In this document: piece by piece, positions 1-10,649 of the stretch
How positions within the stretch are numbered: the first letter of the stretch is position 1
How the letters are laid out: each line of letters begins with the position of its first letter
Origin: Octopus sinensis
Lineage: Eukaryota
DNA length: 17,956 nt
Direction: 5' to 3'
NCBI RefSeq assembly: GCF_006345805.1
Contig: NW_021825126.1
Location: forward strand, 1-17,956
Translations under genes and position numbers: made by a program
The notes under the pieces: generated by a model
What the model was told of the DNA's origin: nothing
The model's database searches: none
Seen by the model: the letters and a program-made list of their open reading frames with translations, nothing else

Positions 1-185
1 CCAACACCACTACCACCACCAACATCATCATCATCGTTATCATCGCCGTCACCAGAATCACATTCATTATTATCACCTCTGCCACTACCACCACCACCAC
101 CAACACTACTCATCATCAACATCATCACCATCACTGTCGTCACCATCATCATCATCACCATCATCGCCATCTCATTTGTTATTGC

Positions 186-222
<37 letters not shown>

Positions 223-240
223 GTTGTTGTTGTTGTTGCT
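1..240. repeat. Compound (CAC/CAT)n then (GTT)n trinucleotide microsatellite
   Basis: Direct reading: caccac/catcat runs, pure (CAT)n at ~187-221, (GTT)n at ~223-238. Confidence 0.95.
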
Positions 241-489
241 CATAATCACTGCATCTCTCCTTATTAACAACCCATATGTTATGTACTCTAAATCAAAAAA
301 AAAAAAGTAAAAAGATCACATGGCTGCAGCACTGACAGGTAAGCTGTGCATGACTGCAATTGACACAATCCTTAACGTGCACTCGCTCTGCATTACTGCC
401 AAGTAAACAAGGTAGGTCATTGTACTGTATTTATTTATGGGTGTGGCAAGAGGTAAATGTGGGTCACCTATTATTAGATGCTTTAAGTA

Positions 490-522
490 GTTGTTATTGT
501 TTTTGATGTTGCTTTGTTTTTC

Positions 523-562
<40 letters not shown>

Positions 563-705
563 GCAATTATTGCTGCTGCGGCGTTTTGTTGTTGTTGTTG
601 GTGTTTCTTTTTATGGTTTTTGTTGTGATTTTCATTACTGCTTGTTGCAGTTGTTGATGTTGTTGTTATTACTATTGCTGCCATAAGTTGCTGTTCTTCT
701 TGTTG

Positions 706-743
<38 letters not shown>

Positions 744-748
744 TATTA

Positions 749-785
<37 letters not shown>

Positions 786-1034
786 GTTGTTGTTGTTGCT
801 GCTTCTGGTGTCATTCCTGTTATTACCATTTTTGTAACTGTTGTAGTTATTGTTACATCTGTTCATGCTGCTGCTGATGTTACTGGTGCTGCTGTTGCTG
901 CTGCTGCTCCTGGTGTTATAACCATTATTTCTGTTCTTACTATTGCTGTTTTCTTCTTCTTTCTTCTTCTTCTTCTTCTTCTTCTTCTTCTTCTTCTTCT
1001 TCTTTCTTCTTCTTCTTCTTTTCTTCTCCTTCTT
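490..1034. repeat. Compound (GTT)n/(ATT)n/(GCT)n/(CTT)n microsatellite
   Basis: Successive triplet runs; source of the poly-T/Q/N/K ORFs 316..684 and 672..1049. Confidence 0.95.
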
Positions 1035-1513
1035 CCAATCAGGACTCACGCCATTAGCAACAAAGAATGATCTCTAATTCGAGCCTACTCTAAGCTACTA
1101 AGAGTGCGTGTGGCAACTTGAAGATCCACCCACCACACGCGATAGACTGGTGGTTACACGGGCGCGAAAGCTACATTGTTATCCGCATTCCGTAAACGGT
1201 GGCTTTTAACGGGTGGAGAGCTGAACTATTCTGGGGTACAGAGGATTCACAATCTAGACTAGGGCCTGAAAGTTTACCACACCATAGTGGGTTACACCAT
1301 GGTTCCTCTGCTTTGTGGCAGAAGTAGGAAGAAAGAGTGAGAGAAAGTTGTGGTGAAAGAGTACAGCGGAGTTCACCACCCTTCCTCACCGGAAACTTGT
1401 GGAGCTTAGGTGTTTTTGCTCAATAAACACTCACAATGCCCGGTCTGGGAATCGAAACCGCGTTCTTATGACCGTGAGTCCGCTGCCCTAACTACTGGGC
1501 CATTGTGCCTCCA
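1035..1513 (-). mobile_element. tRNA-derived SINE, head type 1 with tail type A, ending in (GAA)n
   Basis: Minus strand starts tggaggcacaaTGGCCCAGTAG (A box)...GGTTTCGATTCCC (B box). Head and body (~1325-1513) match the copies at 3889, 6767-7160 and 11877; the 1035-1325 tail is unique in this window and runs into the (CTT)n tract. Possible TSD ccattatttctgtt (922-935 / 1511-1524). Confidence 0.85.
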
Positions 1514-1774
1514 TTATTTCTGTTGTTGCCCTTGTGATCATTGGCATCATTGCTTCTATCCTTGGTGTTGTTGCTAGTGTGATTGTTGTTTCTACAGTTG
1601 CTTTTCTTTTTGCTGTTGAACAAGCAAACCTATGATCAAAGACATTCCAGTAGTGGCCACCTTGACCTTTATTTTCCAAACATAATATATCCAAGATTAC
1701 ATTATCCAATGTGTTCTCCCCTTTTTTTAAAGTTAGTGTGGAGCTCATTTGAAGGAGATTTCGTTACAGTTTCT

Positions 1775-2546
1775 TATTTCTTTATTGCCCACAAGGGGCC
1801 ATAGAGGGGATAAACAAGGACAGACAAACGATTAAGTCGATTACATCGACCCCAGTGTGTAACTGGTACTTAATCTATCAACCCCGAAAGGATGAAAGGC
1901 AAAGTCGACCTCGACGGAATTTGAGCTCAGAATGTAACAGCAGACGAAATACCTATTTCTTTACTACCCACAAGGGGCTAAACACAGAGAGGACAAACAA
2001 GGACAGACAAAGGGATTAAGTTGATTACATCGACCCCAGTGGTACTTAATTTATTGACCTCAAAAAGATGAAAGGCAAAGTCGACCTTGGCGAAATTTAA
2101 GCTCAGAATGTAACAGCAAACGAAATACCTATTTCTTTACTACCCACAAGGGGCTAAACACAGAGAGGACAAACAAGGACAGACAAAGGGATTAAGTTGA
2201 TTCCATCGACCCCAGTGTGTAACTGGTACTTAATCTATCACCCCCGAAAGGATGAAAGGCAAAGTCGACCTCGACGGAATTTGAGCTCAGAATGTAACAG
2301 CAGACGAAATACCTATTTCTTTACTACCCACAAGGGGCTAAACACAGAGAGGACAAACAAGGACAGACATAGGTATTAAGTTGATTACATCGACCCCAGT
2401 ACGTAATTGGTACTTAATTTATTGACCCCGAAAAGATGAAAGGCAAAGTTGGCCTTAGCGGAATTTGAACTCAGAACGTATCGGCAGATGAAATACCGCT
2501 AAGCATTTCGCCCGGCATGCTAATGTTCCTGCCAGCTCGCCGCCTT
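1775..2546 (-). mobile_element. SINE concatemer: one tRNA-like head followed by four ~180-bp tandem body units
   Basis: Head at ~2491-2546 (minus: aaggcggcgagctggcagg...). Unit starts at ~1775, 1951, 2127 and 2311. Flanked by a 17-bp direct repeat atttcgttacagtttct (1758-1774) / atttggttacagtttct (2547-2563), 16/17 identical. A monomer of the same family lies at 2848-3084. Confidence 0.9.
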
Positions 2547-2621
2547 ATTTGGTTACAGTTTCTAACATCCTAAATGATCATGTAGAGGCTCTCTTGTTGC
2601 TGTTATTACTGTTGTTGTGTA

Positions 2622-3184
2622 AAGGCACATGGCTTAGTGGTTAGGGTATTCGGCTTATAATCAAAGTGCCACAAGTTCAATTCTCGGCGACGCATTGTGT
2701 CCTTGAGTAAGACACTTTATTTCATGTTGCCCCAGTTCACTCAGCTGGCAAAAATGAGTAGTAACTATATTTCAAAGGGCAAGCCTTGTCACACTCTGAG
2801 TCGTGCTAAATCTCCCTGATAATTACATTAAGGGGATACGGGTCTATACCCGGCGAGCTGGCAGAAACGTTAGCACGCCGGGCGATATGCTTAGCGGTAT
2901 TTCGTCTGCCACTACGTTCTGAGTTTAAATTCCGCCAAGGTCGACTTTGCCTTTCATCCTTTCGGGGTCCGTTAAATAAGTACCAGTTATGCACTGACGT
3001 CGATATAATCAACTTAATCCGTTTGTCTGTACTTGTTTATTCTCTCTGTGTTTAGCCCCTTGTGGGTAATAAAGAAATAGGTAAACGGGTCTATGGAGTA
3101 CTCAGCCACATGCACATTAATTTCACGAGCAGGCTGTTCCATTGATCGGACCAACTGGAACCCTTATCGTCGTAACTGACAGTG
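2622..3184 (+). mobile_element. tRNA-derived SINE, head type 2 with tail type B, interrupted by a nested SINE
   Basis: A box tggcttagtgg (2630-2640), B-box-like agttcaattc, CORE-like gtgtccttgagtaagacactt. The 3' part (gccttgtcacactctg...atcgtcgtaactgac) matches the tail of 3889-4276. TSD ttactgttgttg at 2606-2617 and 3189-3200. Confidence 0.85.
2848..3084 (+). mobile_element. Monomeric SINE of the concatemer family, nested inside the 2622-3184 SINE
   Basis: Reverse complement of the head plus first unit of 1775-2546; perfect 10-bp TSD acgggtctat at 2838-2847 and 3085-3094. Confidence 0.9.
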
Positions 3185-3239
3185 TTAGTTACTGTTGTTG
3201 AGGTTGTTGATGCTCTTTATTTTCCTTCCGTCTCCTTCC

Positions 3240-3800
3240 AGTTCTCTCTTCTTCTTCTTCTTCTTCTTCTTCTTCTTCTTCTTCTTCTTCTTTTCTTCTC
3301 TTCTCTTCTTCTTCTTCTTCTTCCTATTCTTCTTCACCATCTCCCTCTCTTCTTTTGCTGTAGCATCCTCCTCCATCATCTACTCCTCTCTGAAATTTAA
3401 CTACTCTCATTTCACCATCACTGTCATTCTCTTCTTCCTCCTGCTCTTCTTTCTCCTCCTCCTTGCTCCTACCTCTCTCTTCTTCGCTCCTCTCCTCTCC
3501 TCCTCACTCCTCCTCCTCCTCCTCCTCCTCCTCCTCCTCCTCCTCCTCCTCCTCCTCCTCCTCCATCATCATCATCTGCAGCAGCAGCTGTATCAGCAGT
3601 GGCAGAATCATCACCACTGCCTTCATCACCACTTTCAGTGTCATCATTTTAATTATCATCATCATCATATGTTTCCTCCTCCTCCTCCTCCTCATCATCA
3701 TCATCATCATTACCACCCACACCTTCAGTGTCATCATTAAATTATCACCATCACCACCACCACCACCACCACCACCACTGCCATAACTACTATTACCACG
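3240..3800. repeat. Compound (CTT)n/(CCT)n/(CAT)n/(CAC)n microsatellite
   Basis: Direct reading; source of the poly-F/L/S/H/P ORFs between 3182 and 3786. Confidence 0.95.
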
Positions 3801-3888
3801 ACTTCGACTGAAATAATGCTAATTGTTGACTTTAGACTGAAAGTCAGTGCTCTTCTTTGCTTTAGCTATTATAAATATATTCTACCAT

Positions 3889-4276
3889 GCAATGGCCCAG
3901 TGGTTAGGGCAGCGGACTCGCGGTCGGAGGATCGCGGTTTCGATTCCCAGACCGGGCATTGTGAGTGTTTATTGAGCGAAAACACCTAAAGCTCCACGAG
4001 GCTCCGGCAGGGATGGTGGTGAACCCTGCTGTACTCTTTCACCACAACTTTCTCTCACTCTTACTTACTGTTTCTGTTGTACCTGTATTTCAAAGAGCCA
4101 GCCTTGTCACACTCTGTGTCACGCTGAATTTCCTCGAGAACTACGTTAAGGGTACACGTGTCTGTGGAGTGCTCAGCCACTTGCACGTTAATTCCACGAG
4201 CAAGCTGTTCCGTTGATCGTATCAGCTGGGACCCTCATCGTCGTAACCGACGGAGTGCTCCTACTCCTACTACAAC
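3889..4276 (+). mobile_element. tRNA-derived SINE, head type 1 with tail type B and (TAC)-like end
   Basis: gcaaTGGCCCAGTGG A box, GGTTTCGATTCCC B box; full-length match to the reverse complement of 6767-7160. TSD tattctaccatg (3878-3889) / tattctaacatg (4277-4288). Confidence 0.9.
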
Positions 4277-4305
4277 TATTCTAACATGTTATAAACATGT
4301 ATTGA

Positions 4306-4846
4306 GTTTTTGCGTGTGGCAGATGCACCGGGGCAATAAACATTGAAGATGTACAGAAAACAGTTTCCATCACATGCCTGGTGGAGAAACCAGAAGTAGT
4401 TAATAGCTTCTGTTATCTAGGCATACAAGTCTGTAGTGAGAGCTCTGAGAGTGTAGCAACTAGAGTAAGAATAGCTTGAGCAAAGTTCAGGGAGCTCCTA
4501 CCTCTGCTGTCAACTAAGGGCCTCTCACTCAGGGTGAAAGGTAGACTGTATGATGCACGGCAGTGAAATATTGACCATGACTGCTAAGGACTGCTAAGAC
4601 TTGAACCAAATGAAGCTAGTATGGTCTGCTGGATGTGTAATGTCAGTGTGCATACACGACAGAGTGTAAGCGCCCTAAGAGAAAAGTTGGGTATAAGAAG
4701 CATTGAATGTGGTGTGCAAGAGAGATGACTGTGCTGGTATGGCCATGTATTACATATGAATGGATGTAGTTGTGTGAGGAAGTGCCACTTCCTAACTATA
4801 GAAGAGGTAGACCCAGGAAGACATGGGATGAGATGGTGAAGCATGA
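4306..4846 (+). mobile_element. Decayed RTE-clade non-LTR retrotransposon, C-terminal part of the reverse transcriptase ORF
   Basis: Manual translation across stops and frameshifts: CGRCTG...EVVNSFCYLG...VATRVRIA*AKFRELLPLLSTKGLSLRVKGRLYDA / GSE / SMVCWMCNVS...LREKLGI...*LCWYGHVLHM / RRGRPRKTWDEMVKHD. The F-x-YLG, W-x-GHV and RGRP-x-x-x-W motifs are characteristic of RTE/RTE-X LINE C-termini. Confidence 0.9.
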
Positions 4847-5744
4847 CACCTCCGAGACATCAGACTCAGCAACAACACCCCAGTCTCACGCCATTTCCGC
4901 TCTACCGTTCATTCTTTACAACACCTGTCTGTGTTCGGATTGTCCTTGCACAGGGGTCATCCAGACTCCCGTCTTCGCCATGAACAGGATTAATCTTCTC
5001 TCTTCACTTCTTTGCACCACATGGGCTCCACTCTCCTCCCCTCTTCATCTAACCCCGCTCCTCTATCCTCTCTTACTCTCACACCTACTTCCTCCCATCC
5101 ACATTTCCTCTCTTGCTCTGACACCTACTTCCCTTCTTCACTTCTACTCACCTTCTCCCTTCATCGTCACCCCTCCTTCGTTACCCCATCTCTATACATT
5201 CCAACCCCACCATCCCTATACATCCTATCCCCCACCCCATCCCTTACACCCCACCTTTGCTTCTCCCACTCTCACCTCCCCCACACCCAAACACCACCAC
5301 ACCACACCACCACTCCGTACACACTTGTACTGATCACTTCCCACACCCACACCAGCGCACACACTAGCACTAACCACTTCCCAGCAACCACACTATCATC
5401 AACACACCTACACACGCACGCGTCAAGGTCACCATCCCACTTCCACACGCACATACACGCTCTCACATACATACGCACGCGCACTTTCGTTTTGGGATCA
5501 CCACTACTTTTCTATCTCCCCTTCTTCCTAGCTCTCTTGTGTGACCCCACTGTCCGGCATTCGCCATGATAGATCGCTAGCTACTAAACCTTTTTATTTT
5601 CTCTCCCTGTTTATTTCTGTGTTCCTTTCTGTCGAAGAACGTAGGCTCATAACGTAAAAGACTTTCCCTCTTCCCGAGCGTTAAACTAATACATCTGTTT
5701 GTTGTTTACACACCCGTTTTCGTCTTTTGTTTTTTCGTAAATTC

Positions 5745-5748
<4 letters not shown>
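4847..5748 (+). mobile_element. 5'-truncated Penelope-like element: GIY-YIG endonuclease C-terminus, C-rich 3' UTR and terminal repeat with decayed hammerhead
   Basis: 4847-5052 translates (one frameshift at ~4989) to HLRDIRLSNNTPVSRHFRSTVHSLQHLSVFGLSLHRGHPDSRLRHEQ/LIFSLHFFAPHGLHSPPLFI*. This fits the PLE endonuclease pattern H..PV.xHF..H..R...E..LI.L..P.GLN. A hammerhead-like remnant lies at 5625-5660 and the element ends at a (TA)n tract. Confidence 0.82.
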
Positions 5749-5817
<69 letters not shown>

Positions 5818-5820
5818 TAT
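5749..5820. repeat. (TA)n microsatellite
   Basis: Direct reading. Confidence 0.95.
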
Positions 5821-6626
5821 CGACATCGTCAGAATTTAGAAACTTCAGGAGAATGTGAAACAATTCATCTTTAATAGTTGAACTCAAAGTCGAATAGTTA
5901 TAAAGAATAACATGTAAATATTGGATTAAAAACGGATTATGTATACTTTTATTTATGTATATACATATATGTATGCATGAATTTTAAGTGTGCAAGCAAA
6001 GAAACTGTTTTCTTATTAGGATCCTCAGAAACTGATAATACTTTAAGTTCGAAGCCGTTACTTCTAAACAATTTCGGCGATTCCTAACATTTTGTATCAT
6101 ATTCTAATATATTTTACAGTTAGAATTTAGAATGATAGAATGATACAAATAAAATTCATATGGAAGAGAATGTCATTACAAACATAGAATTATGAATTCA
6201 ATGTAATTTGAAAAACCGAGGACGATAGACTAAAGAATTACACGACTTTCAATTTGAAATCATCATTTATAGATATGTATACAAAAGCATGCGCAAAAAT
6301 AGTATATAAATAAGTAAATAAATAGAAGATAAATGCACGAATAAATAAATAAAATAAAATAAATACTTCTGTTTAAATAAACACTTCATTAAAACTCCAT
6401 AAATATTTCATTAATCTCCATAAATTGGAATATTAATATTACGTACCACAAAATTACTTCTGATACATTCTAATTTACAAACACAAATATATTGAGTTTT
6501 TCATGGCTATCATCTACAGAATTAATGCCACAATTATCAGTCTTGTTAAATAACTGCTTATTGTTTTGAACACACACATTGAAAACTCGAGATCACCACG
6601 ATTTTTGTTTCAAACTTGAATTCGCC

Positions 6627-6699
6627 ATGTCGAGAATCACTACAAACAACATGGCTGCATACGAAGACTTCAAAAGCGTCAATAACACCGAACCAATGG
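6627..6699 (+). other. Candidate short first coding exon (MSRITTNNMAAYEDFKSVNNTEPM+G), unverified
   Basis: In-frame gccATG (6627) and aacaacATGg (6651), open frame to a consensus donor G|GTAAGT at 6699/6700, in non-repetitive sequence. No downstream exon identified and no homolog recognised. Confidence 0.25.
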
Positions 6700-6766
6700 G
6701 TAAGTTTTTGCGTTGTAGTCCTTCCACGGGGAAGGAATATCGAGATATTCTGCAGTAAATTTTATT

Positions 6767-7160
6767 GGATGGAAGCACTCCGTCGGTTACGACGATGAGG
6801 GTTCCTGTTGATCCGAATCATTGGAACAGCTTGGTCGTGAAATTAACGTGTAAGTGGCTGAGCACTCCACAGACACGTGCACCCTTAACGTAGTTCTCAG
6901 GGATATTCAGCGTGACACAGAGAGTGACAAGGCCGGCCCCTTGAAATACAGGTACAACAGAAACAGGAAGTAAGAGTGGAGTGAGAGAAAGTTGAGGCGA
7001 AAGAGTACAACAGGGGTCGCCACCACCCCCTGCCGGAGCCTCGTGGAGCTTTAGGTGTTTTCGCTCAATAAACACACACAATTCCCGGTTGGGAATCGAA
7101 ACCGCGATCCTCAGACCGCGAGTTCACTGCCCTAACCACTGGGCCATTGCGCCTCCACAT
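6767..7160 (-). mobile_element. tRNA-derived SINE, head type 1 with tail type B
   Basis: Minus strand tggaggcgcaatggcccagtgg...; matches 3889-4276; perfect 11-bp TSD taaattttatt at 6756-6766 and 7161-7171. Confidence 0.92.
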
Positions 7161-7415
7161 TAAATTTTATTACACTGTATTGAATAGGTAAAGAACAAAC
7201 AATAGGCAATCTACTTTAAAATACAGGGTGGTTACGGTTGGAACGCCTTAGCTTGTAAGTTTTCATGTTAAGGGTTAACCTGGATACAAAGTGGAACAAC
7301 AGCAATATCATCAACAGCAAAACCAAGAAAGACAACCTCAGAAAAGGTAAAAAAAAAGAACATTTTATCAATTACCAAAGAAATGTGAAATTATAAAGTA
7401 CATTTTCCTTGGTAT

Positions 7416-7612
7416 TTTTACTTGTTTCAGTCATTTGATTGTGGCCATGCTGGAGCATCACCTTTTGTCGAGCAAATCGGCCCCAGGACTTATTCTTTGT
7501 AAGACTAGTACTTATTCTATCGGTCTCTTTTGCCGAACTGCTAGGTTACGGGGACGTAAAGTCACCAGCATCGGTTGTCAAGCAATGTTGGGGGACAAAC
7601 ACACACACACAC

Positions 7613-7649
<37 letters not shown>

Positions 7650-7812
7650 GACGGGTTTCTTTCAGTTTCCGTCTACCAAATCCACTCACAAGGCTTTGGT
7701 CGGCCCGAGGCTATAGTAGAAGACACTTGCCCAAGGTGTCACGCAGTGGGACTGAACCCGAAACCATGTGGTTGGTAAGCATGCTGCTTACCACACAGCC
7801 ACTCCTGCGCCT
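7416..7812 (-). mobile_element. tRNA-derived SINE with CORE-like motif and internal (TA)n(TG)n tract (family X), copy 1
   Basis: Minus strand aggcgcaggagTGGCTGTGTGG...GGTTCAGTCCC, CORE-like accttgggcaagtgtctt, end aaatgactgaaacaagtaaaa. Six copies in the window. Resembles octopus SINEs from memory; exact family name not assigned. Confidence 0.9.
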
Positions 7813-8039
7813 ATCATAATGACCAATAGTATAAAGTGACAAAAAAGCCCTTTGTTGGATATGTGAATAAGATAAAAATATTCTAGGACCGTCTCCATTT
7901 GCAGCTAAATTATTTTAAGTCGGTACATGATGCTGCAGCTAGTGAGTATAGTAGTAGCCATGTTAATATATTCTAAGTGAAGACAGTGAGAAATACAAAT
8001 ACCTGAAAAGTAGATTTAATGTACAAAAAAAAATCCTAT

Positions 8040-8448
8040 ATGCGCAGGAGTGGCTGTGTGGTAAGTAACTTGCTAATCAACCACATGGTTCCGGGTTCAG
8101 TCCCACTGCGTGGCATCTTGGGCAAGTGTCTTCTGCTATAGCCCCGGGCCGACCAATGCCCTGTGAGTGGATTTGGTAGACGGAAACTGTAAGAAGATTG
8201 TCGTATATATGTATATATATATATAAGTGTGTGTGTGTTTGTGTGTCTGTGTTTGTCCCCCTAGCATTGCTTGACAACCGATGCTGGTGTGTTTACGTCC
8301 CTGTCACTTAGCGGTTCGGCAAAAAGAGAACGATAGAATAAGTACTGGGCTTACAAAGAATAAGTCCCGGGGTCGATTTGCTCGACTAAAGGCGGTGCTC
8401 CAGCATGGCCGCAGTCAAATGACTGAAACAAGTAAAAGAGAGAGAGAG
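8040..8448 (+). mobile_element. SINE family X, copy 2
   Basis: Full-length match to the reverse complement of 7416-7812; (GA)n end. Confidence 0.9.
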
Positions 8449-8781
8449 TAGTGGACCGAGCCACATAGAAAAACCAATACGTTGGAATGTAGAGTCGAGT
8501 CTTATGCAATTGAAGTGCAGTAAATCCACTTAATGAATACCGAAGTTTAAAAAAATAGATGTAGCCATCATATTCTATCTATCTGACGAGCTAGCCTGCT
8601 ATACCTGCATTTGTTTTGTAAAATGTATAATAGTACTATCGAATCTATAACATGAACAGTAGTTCAGGCATGTAAGATGATTTATTATACACTAAAATAG
8701 ATAATTTTTTGCATGACGTTAGCTGCGAAACGGCTGTCATCTTATGGTCATTAACTGGGGAAATAAATATATTCATCTCAT

Positions 8782-9148
8782 ACTCTCTTTACTCTTTTAC
8801 TTGTTTCAGTCATTTGACTGCGGCCATGCTGGAGCACCGCCTTTTTAGTCGAGCAAATCGACCCCGGGACTTATTCTTTGTAAGCCCAGTGCTTATTCTA
8901 TCGGTCTCTTTTGCCGAACCGCTAAGTGACAGGGACGTAAACACACCAGCATCGGTTGTCAAGCAATGCTAGGGTGACAAACACAGACACACAAACACAT
9001 ACACACATACATATATATACACATATATACGACAGGCTTCTTTCAGCTTCCGTCTACCAAATCCACTCACAAGGCATTGGTCAGCCCGGGGCTATAGCAG
9101 AAGACACTTGCCCAAGATGCCACGCAGTGGGACTGAACCCGGAACCAT
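8782..9148 (-). mobile_element. SINE family X, copy 3 (5' end truncated, lacks A box)
   Basis: Reverse complement of 8085-8440; stops at ggaaccat. Confidence 0.9.
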
Positions 9149-9500
9149 ACATCCTCACTTTCTTCATATTTTATAGACTCCTCATGAAATAATCTTCATT
9201 TGAAAAATATTCATTATTAATAAAATGTTTCGACAGTTAATCGATTTGTTCCTAAAACTTACGGTTGAAATTTGATATTAGGCAAGCATTGACAGGATAA
9301 CCCTCAGGCGTAGTTATGGGTATTGGGAGAGAATATTACTAACAAGTAATGGATGATCGTTTTGATAAATAAACGCCTGTTTAAATTCCTTTTCACGACT
9401 GGATATACTAAATAAATATACAGAATATAAACAAATGGAAAAGAAACAATCATGGATTTAAGAGAGAAAAATTCGTTGGATATGGAAAATCATCAGCATA

Positions 9501-9941
9501 TAGGCGCAGGAGTGGCTTGCTTACCAACCACATGGTTCCGGTTCAGTCCCACTGCGTGGCCCCTGAGCAAGTGTCTTCTATATAGCCTGGGTGGACCCAA
9601 GCCTTGTGAGTGGATTTGGTAGACGGAAACTGAAAGAAGCCGTCGTATATATGTAGATATCTACATATAATATATATGTATGGGGAGAGTTTACGAAAAA
9701 AACAAAAGACGAAGACCGGTGGTGTACAAAACAAACAGATGTATAGTATAACGCTCGTGTATGTGTTGTTATCAGTGTTTGTTCCCTCAACATCACTTGG
9801 CAACCATGGCTGGTGTGTTTAGGTCCCCGTATTAGCGGCTCTGCAAAAAAGAATAAGTCCTGGGGTCGATTTGATTCGACTAAAGGCGGTGCTCCAGCAT
9901 GGCCGCAGTCAAATGACTGAAACAAGTAAAGAGAGAGAGAG
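9501..9941 (+). mobile_element. SINE family X, copy 4 (chimeric junction copy carrying a PLE tail insert)
   Basis: 5' part shares deletions and the insert with copy 6; 3' end and flank are shared with copy 2. Confidence 0.88.
9682..9757 (-). mobile_element. PLE terminal fragment inserted in the SINE (TA)n tract
   Basis: Reverse complement matches 5675-5748 (cgagcgtta.acta.tacatctgtttg...tcgtcttttgttttttcgtaaa.tctc). Confidence 0.82.
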
Positions 9942-10283
9942 TAGTGGACCGAGCCACATAGAAAAACCAATACGTTGGAATGTAGAGTCGAGTCTTATGC
10001 AATTGAAGTGCAGTAAATCCACTTAATGAATACCGAAGTTTAAAAAAAATAGATGTAGCCATCATATTCTATCTATCTGACGAGCTAGCCTGCTATACCT
10101 GCATTTGTTTTTTGTAAAATGTATAATAGTACTATCGAATCTATAACATGAACAGTAGTTCAGGCATGTAAGATGATTTATTATACACTAAAATAGATAA
10201 TTTTTTGAATTTTGCATGACGTAGCTGCGAAACGGCTGTCATCTTATGGTCATTAACTGGGGAAATAAATATATTCATCTCAT

Positions 10284-10649
10284 ACTCTCTTTACTCTTTT
10301 ACTTGTTTCAGTCATTTGACTGCGGCCATGCTGGAGCACCGCCTTTTTAGTCGGCAACGACCCCCGGACTTATTCTTTCTTTGTAAGCCCAGTGCTTATT
10401 CTATCGGTCTCTCTTTTGCCGAACCGCTAAGTGACAGGGACTTAAACACACCAGCATCGGTTGTCAAGCAATGCTAGGGTGACAAAACACAGACACACAA
10501 CACATACACACATACATATATATACACATATATACGACAGGCTTCTTTCAGCTTCCGTCTACCAAATCCACTCACAAGGCATTGGTCAGCCCGGGGCTAT
10601 CAGAAGACACTGCCAAGATGCCACGCAGTGGGACTGAACCCGGAACCAT
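10284..10649 (-). mobile_element. SINE family X, copy 5 (duplicate of copy 3)
   Basis: Same truncation point and flanks as 8782-9148. Confidence 0.9.

Noticed and set aside
1775-2546. Tandem array as a CRISPR array or hammerhead retrozyme
   Set aside because: Units are whole ~180-bp repeats with no unique spacers, no CUGANGA/GAAA core was found on either strand, and a SINE head is present.
316-3786. Long ORFs with poly-N/K/T/L/F/H/S runs
   Set aside because: They are translations of trinucleotide microsatellites that lack stops; no domain content.
3889-3960. tRNA gene (also at 11877, 7090-7157 and 1440-1513)
   Set aside because: A/B boxes run directly into SINE bodies with TSDs, and no clean acceptor stem or terminator is present.
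4770-5569. 187-aa and 185-aa ORFs as host genes
   Set aside because: They contain only a short RTE motif and otherwise read off-frame PLE sequence and C-rich low-complexity UTR.
8584-8742. CTGACGA (8584) ... GCGAAACGGCTGTC (8725) as a hammerhead with a long stem II
   Set aside because: Stem I would have only about 2 bp and the stem II register is offset; at best a heavily decayed remnant.
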